DNA of 64,000 nt from Symbiobacterium sp. GTDB taxonomy: Bacteria; Bacillota; Sulfobacillia; UBA995; UBA9673. The translations under genes were made by a program, and so were the position numbers. The stretch lies in NCBI GenBank assembly GCA_020725405.1, contig DYFB01000015.1, forward strand, positions 32,157 through 96,156, written 5' to 3'. A model generated the notes under the pieces. That model was not told the DNA's origin and made no database searches. It was given only the letters and a program-made list of their open reading frames with translations. Positions 35,526 through 43,301 of this stretch are shown here, piece after piece. The number at the start of each line of letters is the position of its first letter. Within the stretch, counting starts at the first letter, position 1.

Positions 35526-36643
35526 CCCGGCCTGAACAGCCCGCCGAAGAGCAGAGCGACGAGATTCCACAGCCGGACGAGCGTCCGCCAGATGTCCTCC
35601 GCTCTTCCGAGAAGGCTCCGGTCGTCCGGCTCCCTCGGGTCGCTCCCTCCGTCGCCGGGTTCGGGTTCCGAAGGGTCCGGCGGGTCCGCCGGCTCGCCCG
35701 GAGTCGTCACGCCCCGGTCCGGCGGAGACACCGGAGAGCCCCGCGGGATGAGAAGGGTGGTCCAGGCCCGGAGGCTGTCGGCCGCCCTGAGGTCGTTGGC
35801 CGCCATGATGGCGCCCGGATCCACCGCGTAGGCGCGGGCCAGGCCCGAGAGGGTCTCGCCCGGAAGGACGGTATGGAGCACTGCGCCGGCTGGCATCAGG
35901 GCGAGAAGATCGCCGAGGGTTCCGAAGCGGTAGCCCCTTCCGCGGAGGTCGCGGATGATGTCCGGGAGAGCCCCGGGAAGGTTGGTGGCCGAGCCGACGT
36001 GCATGAGGATGATGCCCCCCGGGACGGCCCCTTCCACGACGCGCCGGCGCAGTTCCTCGGCTGGGACCATCCTCCAATCGAGAGAGTCCACCGTCCACAT
36101 TACCACGTAGCGGTAGCCGGCCCGAGCCGCGGCCGAGGCCACGCGCCGGTCGTACTCGCCGTAAGGGGGTCGGAAGTAGGGCGTCAGCGAGCGTCCGGTC
36201 GCCCGGAGAGCAGCCTCGTCCGTGCTCTCGAGCTCCCGGAGGACCTCCTCGTCGGTCAGCGCCGTCAGGTGGGGATGGGTGGCGGTATGGTTCCCCAGGT
36301 CATGGCCCTTCTCGGCCACGGCGCGGGCGAGTTCCGGGAACTGCTCGATCCAGGTCCCCGTCAGGAAGAACGTGGCCGGGACGTCCTCCTCCTCGAGAAT
36401 CTCAAGGAGGGCCCGGGTGTGCCCGCCATCCGAACCGGCATCGAAGGTGAGGGCGACGACCCTCTCCCTCGTAGGGACCCGCGTGAGGACGACGAATCCT
36501 GCCGGGGGCCCGGACCCGTCGGCGCCGTTCAGCGCGCTCCCGGCCTCGCCGCCCCCCGCCGGGAAGGACGAGCAGGGAGCCAGGCCGAGGACGAGGGCCA
36601 GGGCCACGGCCCCGGCCAGGACGTTGACCGCCCTTACCCCCAC
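35522..36643 (-). CDS. polysaccharide deacetylase with LysM domain
   Basis: signal/TM; ALTFDAG, NHTATH, FRPPYG, DSLDW, ILMH; LysM HTV.PGETL..LA. Confidence 0.88.
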   Translation of the reverse strand: MGVRAVNVLAGAVALALVLGLAPCSSFPAGGGEAGSALNGADGSGPPAGFVVLTRVPTRERVVALTFDAGSDGGHTRALLEILEEEDVPATFFLTGTWIEQFPELARAVAEKGHDLGNHTATHPHLTALTDEEVLRELESTDEAALRATGRSLTPYFRPPYGEYDRRVASAAARAGYRYVVMWTVDSLDWRMVPAEELRRRVVEGAVPGGIILMHVGSATNLPGALPDIIRDLRGRGYRFGTLGDLLALMPAGAVLHTVLPGETLSGLARAYAVDPGAIMAANDLRAADSLRAWTTLLIPRGSPVSPPDRGVTTPGEPADPPDPSEPEPGDGGSDPREPDDRSLLGRAEDIWRTLVRLWNLVALLFGGLFRPG

Positions 36644-36823
36644 GGCTAGCCGCCCCCTCTCCCCCGCCACGGCACCCGGGCCGGTTCTGGGCCACGCTTT
36701 CAAGCAAAAGGCCCTTTTACCTGCGTCGGAGCCCGTTTGTCTTGGCTGGCAATACCTGGCAGGGCATCGGCATCGCCCAGTCTGGCCTGGCGGGACCGGA
36801 ACCCAGGCGGAGGAAACGCTTCC

Positions 36824-36841
36824 TCGTTAGGGAATTAGCAG
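36824..36841. promoter_or_regulatory. possible Rex (NADH/NAD+) operator upstream of FDH genes
   Basis: TCGTTAG-GGAA-TTAGCAG vs TTGTTAA-N4-TTAACAA (10/14). Confidence 0.35.
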
Positions 36842-36913
36842 TTGTCGGGTCCCCCGAAGGCCGACGCCGAGAGGTACACCATCCGACTCCCGCCGCAAGG
36901 AGCGCCAGACGGC

Positions 36914-39085
36914 ATGACCCCTTCGCAGTTCACCGGCACGACCCAGGAAGACCGGGAGGATAGCCGCGGCCCCTCCTGCTCCGCAAGGCCCGGGTGGCGT
37001 CTTGTCGAGACGGTCTGCCCCTACTGCGGAGCAGGCTGCCGTCTCCGCCTCCGGGTCAGGGGCACCCGCCTGAGCGGGGTGGAGGGCGGGGACGGGCCTC
37101 CCAACCACGGTTGGCTCTGCCTGAAGGGCCGGCTCGGTTGGGACTTCGCGCACCACCCTGACCGTCTGACAGTGCCGCTCGTCCGGAAGGGCGGGCTTCT
37201 GACCGAGACGTCCTGGGCTGAAGCCCTCGACCTCGTAGCCGCCCGGCTCAGCGAGCTGGTTAGGGTCTCCGGCGCGGGCGCCGTCGCCGGTCTTGCTTCC
37301 GGCAAGTGCACGAACGAGGAGAATTTCGTCTTTCAGAAACTGATGCGGGCCGGCCTCGGCACGAACAACATCGACCAGTGCGGACGGCTGTGTCATGCCG
37401 CCTCCGTGGCCGGGCTGACCGCCGCTTTCGGGGCCGGGGCCATGACGAACTCTATCGACGAGCTTGCGTCGGCCGACCTCATCTTCATCATCGGTGCGAA
37501 CCCGACCGTCGCCCATCCGCTCATCGCCGCCCGGATAGAGGAAGCGTGCTCCCGCGGGGCGAGGCTCATCTGCGCCGACCCGAGGTCCATCGAGATCGCC
37601 CGCCTGGCCGATCTTCGCCTCCAACACCTCCCCGGTACGGACGCCGCCCTCCTGAACGCGATGATGCACGTCATCCTCGAGGAGGGCCTGGCTGATGAGC
37701 GCTTCATCGCCGGCCGCACCGAGAACTTCGAGGCCTTCCAGGCCGTTGTCCGAAGGTACCCGCCCGAGCTGGCCGAGGTTGTCAGCGGAGTCCCCGCGGC
37801 AAAGATCCGGGAGGCGGCGGTCCTCTACGCGCAGGCCCCGAGGTCGTCCATCGTCTACTCCTCAGGCCTCACCCAGCACACCACCGGTCTCGCCAACGTC
37901 CTCTCAGTGGCCAACCTGGCCATGCTCACCGGCAACGTGGGCCGCGAGTCGACCGGCGTGAACCCGCTCCTCGGCCAGGTCAACGCCCAGGGGGCCTGCG
38001 ATATGGGGGCCCTTCCGGATGTGTTCCCCGGTTACCAGCCCGTTTGTGTTCCGGCGAGCCGGGAGCGGTACGAAGCCGCCTCGGGTTGCCAGCTCCCGGG
38101 CCAGCCGGGCTTGACGATGACTGAGATTCTCGCGGCGGCCGCCCGCGGTGAGGTCAAGGGGCTCTTCGTCCTGGGTGCGAACCCCGCCCTGTCCGCGCCT
38201 GACCTCAAGCACACGACTCACGCCCTTCGACGACTCGAGTTCCTCGTCGTTCAGGATATCTTCCTTACCGAGACGGCCGAACTGGCCCACGTCGTCCTAC
38301 CCGGTGCCTCCTTCGTCGAGAAGGACGGCACGGTCACCAGCACCGAGCGCCGTGTTCAGCGCATCCGGCGGGCCGTTCCACCGGCCGGGTCGGCCCGGTC
38401 CGACCTCGATATCCTCCTCGACCTTGCCGACCGGCTCGGCCTCGGGCCGGGGCCGGGCGGCCCCGACGAGGTCATGAACGAGATCGCCCGGATGGTCCCC
38501 GACTACGGAGGCCTGTCCTACCGGCGGCTCGATACTTCTCCGGCCGGGATCCAGTGGCCGTGCCCCACGCCGGACCACCCCGGCACGCGCTACCTTCACC
38601 GGTACGGGTTCAGCGGGGGTCGAGCCCCATTCTCACCAGTAGACTACCAGGGGCCTGCGGAGCATCCCGACGAGGACTACCCGCTCATCCTGACCACCGG
38701 ATGCGTCCTCGAGCACTCCCAGACGGGGACCATGAGCCGCCGTTCAACCGGTCTCGGCGGTCTCCTCCAGGGTGCGGGCGTCGAGCTCAACCCGCTCCTG
38801 GCCGCCGAAATGGGCGTGTCCGACGGTGACCCGGTCCGAGTGGTGTCCCGCCGCGGAGCTGTCGTCGCTCGGGCGATCCTCAGCCTCAGCGTCGGACGGG
38901 AGATGGTCTTCCTCCCGTATCATTTCCGGGAGGCCTCGGCCAACCTGCTGACGAACCCGGCCTTCGACCCGGGGGCTAAGACGCCGGAACTCAAGGTGGC
39001 TGCGGTCCGCATCGAGCGCCTGGACGCGGCGACGATCTCGGCTCTGGCCGCGGCCGGAGCCCACGAGAAGGCGCCGGCGGGATGA
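36914..39085 (+). CDS. FdhF-like Mo/W-bisPGD oxidoreductase, divergent active site
   Basis: CPYCGAGC..C 4Fe-4S; RLCHAAS; NPLLGQVN in place of NPLRGQNN. Confidence 0.85.
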   Translation: MTPSQFTGTTQEDREDSRGPSCSARPGWRLVETVCPYCGAGCRLRLRVRGTRLSGVEGGDGPPNHGWLCLKGRLGWDFAHHPDRLTVPLVRKGGLLTETSWAEALDLVAARLSELVRVSGAGAVAGLASGKCTNEENFVFQKLMRAGLGTNNIDQCGRLCHAASVAGLTAAFGAGAMTNSIDELASADLIFIIGANPTVAHPLIAARIEEACSRGARLICADPRSIEIARLADLRLQHLPGTDAALLNAMMHVILEEGLADERFIAGRTENFEAFQAVVRRYPPELAEVVSGVPAAKIREAAVLYAQAPRSSIVYSSGLTQHTTGLANVLSVANLAMLTGNVGRESTGVNPLLGQVNAQGACDMGALPDVFPGYQPVCVPASRERYEAASGCQLPGQPGLTMTEILAAAARGEVKGLFVLGANPALSAPDLKHTTHALRRLEFLVVQDIFLTETAELAHVVLPGASFVEKDGTVTSTERRVQRIRRAVPPAGSARSDLDILLDLADRLGLGPGPGGPDEVMNEIARMVPDYGGLSYRRLDTSPAGIQWPCPTPDHPGTRYLHRYGFSGGRAPFSPVDYQGPAEHPDEDYPLILTTGCVLEHSQTGTMSRRSTGLGGLLQGAGVELNPLLAAEMGVSDGDPVRVVSRRGAVVARAILSLSVGREMVFLPYHFREASANLLTNPAFDPGAKTPELKVAAVRIERLDAATISALAAAGAHEKAPAG

Positions 39086-39148
39086 TGTTGAAGTTACCGC
39101 TGGTCACTGGCCTTCTCTGTCTTACCGCTGCCGCGCGCCGGAAAGCGC

Positions 39149-39168
39149 AAAGGTGTATAAAGGTGTAT
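39149..39168. promoter_or_regulatory. 10-bp direct repeat upstream of the large FDH
   Basis: AAAGGTGTAT x2. Confidence 0.45.
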
Positions 39169-39221
39169 GATTGAGGTCCCAGGCGGGACGAAACCATCGT
39201 GGAGAGGGAGCCGAGCCAGGG

Positions 39222-42200
39222 ATGACGACGATGAGCCTTACACTGGACGGGAGAGAGGTCACAGCCAGGTCCGGCCAGACAATCCTCGAGCTGTGCCGAC
39301 AGGAGGGTGTGTTCATCCCCACCCTGTGTCACGACGAGCAGTTGAGCCCGAGCGGGTCTTGCGGCATGTGCGTCGTGGAAGTCGAGGGTTACGGGCTGGT
39401 GAGCTCGTGTTCGACCCTCACGGCCGACGGTATGGCCGTCCGGACCGACAGCGAGGCGGTCGCCGCCGCGAGGAGGGAGCGCCTCCAGGCCCTCATCAGG
39501 GAGCACTACGGCGACTGCGTCGCTCCGTGCTCGCTCGCCTGTCCGGCCGGCATAGACATCCAGGGCTTCATCGCCCTCATCGCCCGTGGGGCCTACTCGG
39601 AGGCGGCCGACCTCATCCGGGAGACTCTCCCTCTCCCGTCCGTCATCGGGCGGGTCTGTCCCCGCCCGTGTGAGGACGCCTGCCGGCGGAACCTGGTGGA
39701 CCAGCCGGTCGCCATCTGCGCCCTGAAGCGCTTTGCCGGAGACGCCGATCTTGCCGCGGAAGATCGCCGGCCCCTGCCGACCGGGCCTAAGAGCGGCTTC
39801 TCCGTGGCCGTCGTGGGGTCGGGCCCCGCAGGCCTCTCGGCCGCCTACTACCTCGCCCGCGAGGGTCATCAAGTCACCGTGTTCGAGGCCCTGCCCGACC
39901 CGGGCGGGATGCTGCGCTACGGCATCCCTGACTACCGGCTGCCGAGGGCGGTCCTCGACCGTGAGATTGCCACGATAACCGGGCTCGGCGTGACCATCAA
40001 GACGGGCACGGCCCTCGGGACCGACTTCACCCTCGAGGAGCTCTTCAAGGAAGGCTACCGGGCCGTGTTTCTGGCCATCGGGGCCCACAGGAGCACCAAG
40101 ATGAAGGTGGAGGGCGAGGATCTCGCCGGCGTCCTGTCCGGAATCGACTTCCTCAGGGCGGTCACCCTGGGCGAGCCCGTGGAGCTCGGGCGGAGGGTCG
40201 CCGTCATCGGCGGCGGGAACACGGCTATCGACGCCGCTCGGACCGCCGTCCGCCTCGGCGCGGAAGAGGTCACCATCCTTTACCGGCGCTCCAGGACGGA
40301 GATGCCGGCGGCCGAGTGGGAGGTCGAGGAGGCCGAGGAGGAAGGCGTCCACCTCGAGCTTCTCGCCGCCCCCGTCCGCCTCCTCGGCGCGGACGGCCGC
40401 GTGACGGCCATCGAGGTCGTCCGGATGCGTCTCGGTGAGCCCGACGCGAGCGGCCGGCGGCGTCCGGAGCCCATACCCGGGTCGGAAACGATCATGACCG
40501 TCGACTCGGTCATCGCCGCCATAGGGCAGAGCGCTGACCTCACCCCGGTCGAGAGGACCGGCGCCATCGAGACCAAGTGGGGGAACATTGTGGTCGACCC
40601 GGCCAGTCTCCTCACCGGCATGGACGGGGTCTTCGCCGGCGGTGACTGCGTCAGCGGCGCGGCGACCGCGGTCGAGGCCGTTGCCGCCGGGCGACGGGCC
40701 GCCAGAGCCATCCACCGCTACCTCCAGGGTCTCGATCCCCGCGTGGAGGCCGAGCCGTTCAACATCAGCCGGGGGGCTCTTGCGGATCTCGCGGGCCGGC
40801 CGGAGTTCGCTGAGACCGAGCGGAGACCTAGGCAGAAGATGCCCAGGCTACGGCCTGACGAGAGACTCCACCACTTCGAGGAGATTGAGCTCGGCTACCC
40901 TGAGGACATGGCCAGACGGGAGGCTGAGCGCTGTCTCGAGTGCGGCTGCAAGGCGGCCCATGATTGCGCTCTCCGCGAGTTCTCTACGAGCTACGGAGCT
41001 TCTCCTATCCCGGCCGCCGCCGGGCGCCTGTACCCGGTGGACAGGTCGCATCCGATGATCGAACGCGACCCGAACAAGTGCATAAGCTGCGGGCGCTGTG
41101 CCCGCATCTGTCAGGAGGTGCAGGGCGTCGGGGCCCTCTCGGTGACCTATCGGGTCGGGACGAGCGAAGGTTACGGCGGTCCGCTCCTCAATACGACCTG
41201 CGAGTCCTGCGGCCAGTGCGTCGCCGCCTGCCCGGTCGGGGCTCTCGTGGCCAGGAAGGACCTGCGACCGGCCCGAGAGGTCCGGACGGTGTGCCCGTAC
41301 TGCGGCGTCGGTTGCGGCATCTACCTCGGGGTTCGCGGGCAGGCCATCGTCAGCGTCAGGGGCGACCGCGAGAGTCCGGTCAACCACGGCAACCTCTGCG
41401 TCAAGGGTCGCTTCGGCCACGACTTCGTGGGCCATGAACGGCGGCTCAAGACGCCGCTCATCCGGAGGAACGGCCGCCTCACCGAGGTCACCTGGGACGA
41501 GGCCCTGGACCTTGTGGCCCGCGAGTTCGACTCTCGGAAGGGCGACCAATTCGCCCTGGTCTCCTCCGCAAGGTGCACCAACGAGGAGAACTACGTCATC
41601 CAGAAGTTCGGCCGGGCGGTGATGGGCACGAACAACGTCGATCACTGCGCCCGACTCTGCCACGCCCCCTCGGTCGCCGGCCTCGCCCGCACTTTCGGGA
41701 GCGGGGCCATGACCAACTCCATCGGGGAGATAGAGAAAGCCGCCGCCATTCTGGCCATCGGGACGAACACCACCGCCGCCCACCCGGTGATCGGGCTCAA
41801 GGTGAAGAAGGCCGTCCGGCGGGGGAGCCGTCTCATCGTGGCCAACCCCAGACGCATCGACCTGTGCCGCCACGCCCACGTTTGGCTGAAGCAGCGGCCG
41901 GGTACGGATGTCGCTCTCCTTATGGGCATGATGCGGGTCATCGTCGACGAGGGGCTCTTCGACTCCGCTTTCGTCGAGGCCCGCTGCGAGAACTTCGAGG
42001 AGTTCCGGAGCTCGCTTGCGGCCTTCGACCTGGATACCGTGGAGCGTATCACGGGGGTGCCGGCCGGGAAGATCGCCGAAGCGGCTCGGGTCTACGCGAC
42101 CTCCGGCCCGGCCTCCATTCTATACTCCATGGGTATCACCCAGCACTCCCACGGCACCGACAACGTTCTGGCCATCAGCAACCTGGCTCTCCTCACCGGG

Positions 42201-43301
42201 AACGTCGGGAAGCCCTCGTCAGGGGTCAACCCCCTCCGCGGTCAGAACAACGTCCAGGGAGCCTGCGACATGGGGGCTCTCCCGAACGTATATCCCGGCT
42301 ACCAGAGGGTGGACAACCCCGACGTCAGGCGGAAGTTCGAAGAGGCCTGGGGCTGTTCTCTCTCCCCCACGCCGGGGCTCACTCTGACCGAGATGTTCGG
42401 GGCGGCCCACGAGGGACGGGTCAAGGCGCTCTACATCATCGGCGAGAACCCGCTCCTCAGCGAACCCGACGGCCGGCACGTGCGAGAGGCTCTGGAGGCG
42501 GTCGAGTTCCTGGTCGTGCAGGATATCTTCCTCACCGAGACGGCCGAGCTGGCCGACGTGGTCCTCCCGGCTGCCAGCTTCGCCGAGAAGGACGGTACCT
42601 TCACCAACACCGAGCGCCGCGTCCAGCGCGTGCGTAAGGCCGTCGAGCCTGTGGGCCAGGCCAGACCGGACACCTGGATAGTCGCCGAGCTTGCCGGAAG
42701 GATGGGAGCCCCTGGCTTCCGGTCCACGGACCCGGCCGACGTGATGGCCGAGATAGCCTCGGTCACGCCGATTTACGCGGGGATAACCTACGAGCGCCTC
42801 GAGGCCGGTGGACTCGTCTGGCCCTGCCCTTCGCCCGACCACCCCGGCACGCCGATCCTGCACACCGAGAGGTTCCTGACCCCGAGCGGCAAGGGTCAGT
42901 TCGTGCCCCTTGAGTTCCGGCCGCCGGTCGAGACGCCCGACGACGACTACCCGTTGGTCCTGACGACCGAGCGCAGTCTCTACCACTACCACACGGGGAC
43001 GATGACGAGGCGGGTGGCCGGGCTGAACATCCTCAGGCCGCACGAGCTCGTGGAGATGAACCCGAAGGATGCGCTGAAACTCGGCGTCTCCGACGGCGAG
43101 ATGGTGAGGGTCGTCTCGCGCCGGGGCTCCGTGACGGCGAGGGCCAGGCTTACCGAGCAGTCTCCGCCGGGAGTGCTCTCGATGACCTTCCACTTCGCCG
43201 AGAGCCCGACCAACGTGGTCACGAGCCCGGCTCTCGACCCGGTGGCGAAGATACCCGAACTCAAGGTAGCCGCGGTCCGAGTGGAGCGGCTCAGCGGGTA
43301 G
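39222..43301 (+). CDS. formate dehydrogenase fused to 2Fe-2S, GltD-like FAD/NADPH and 2x4Fe-4S modules
   Basis: IPTLC..GSCGMC; APC...CP, GRVCP.PC, GSGPAG, GGGNTA.D, YRR; CISCGRC, CESCGQC; CARLCH, PLRGQNNVQG. Confidence 0.92.
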   Translation: MTTMSLTLDGREVTARSGQTILELCRQEGVFIPTLCHDEQLSPSGSCGMCVVEVEGYGLVSSCSTLTADGMAVRTDSEAVAAARRERLQALIREHYGDCVAPCSLACPAGIDIQGFIALIARGAYSEAADLIRETLPLPSVIGRVCPRPCEDACRRNLVDQPVAICALKRFAGDADLAAEDRRPLPTGPKSGFSVAVVGSGPAGLSAAYYLAREGHQVTVFEALPDPGGMLRYGIPDYRLPRAVLDREIATITGLGVTIKTGTALGTDFTLEELFKEGYRAVFLAIGAHRSTKMKVEGEDLAGVLSGIDFLRAVTLGEPVELGRRVAVIGGGNTAIDAARTAVRLGAEEVTILYRRSRTEMPAAEWEVEEAEEEGVHLELLAAPVRLLGADGRVTAIEVVRMRLGEPDASGRRRPEPIPGSETIMTVDSVIAAIGQSADLTPVERTGAIETKWGNIVVDPASLLTGMDGVFAGGDCVSGAATAVEAVAAGRRAARAIHRYLQGLDPRVEAEPFNISRGALADLAGRPEFAETERRPRQKMPRLRPDERLHHFEEIELGYPEDMARREAERCLECGCKAAHDCALREFSTSYGASPIPAAAGRLYPVDRSHPMIERDPNKCISCGRCARICQEVQGVGALSVTYRVGTSEGYGGPLLNTTCESCGQCVAACPVGALVARKDLRPAREVRTVCPYCGVGCGIYLGVRGQAIVSVRGDRESPVNHGNLCVKGRFGHDFVGHERRLKTPLIRRNGRLTEVTWDEALDLVAREFDSRKGDQFALVSSARCTNEENYVIQKFGRAVMGTNNVDHCARLCHAPSVAGLARTFGSGAMTNSIGEIEKAAAILAIGTNTTAAHPVIGLKVKKAVRRGSRLIVANPRRIDLCRHAHVWLKQRPGTDVALLMGMMRVIVDEGLFDSAFVEARCENFEEFRSSLAAFDLDTVERITGVPAGKIAEAARVYATSGPASILYSMGITQHSHGTDNVLAISNLALLTGNVGKPSSGVNPLRGQNNVQGACDMGALPNVYPGYQRVDNPDVRRKFEEAWGCSLSPTPGLTLTEMFGAAHEGRVKALYIIGENPLLSEPDGRHVREALEAVEFLVVQDIFLTETAELADVVLPAASFAEKDGTFTNTERRVQRVRKAVEPVGQARPDTWIVAELAGRMGAPGFRSTDPADVMAEIASVTPIYAGITYERLEAGGLVWPCPSPDHPGTPILHTERFLTPSGKGQFVPLEFRPPVETPDDDYPLVLTTERSLYHYHTGTMTRRVAGLNILRPHELVEMNPKDALKLGVSDGEMVRVVSRRGSVTARARLTEQSPPGVLSMTFHFAESPTNVVTSPALDPVAKIPELKVAAVRVERLSG

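Noticed and set aside
36914..43301. Selenocysteine in the FDHs
   Set aside because: Both have Cys codons at the metal-ligand position and no in-frame TGA.
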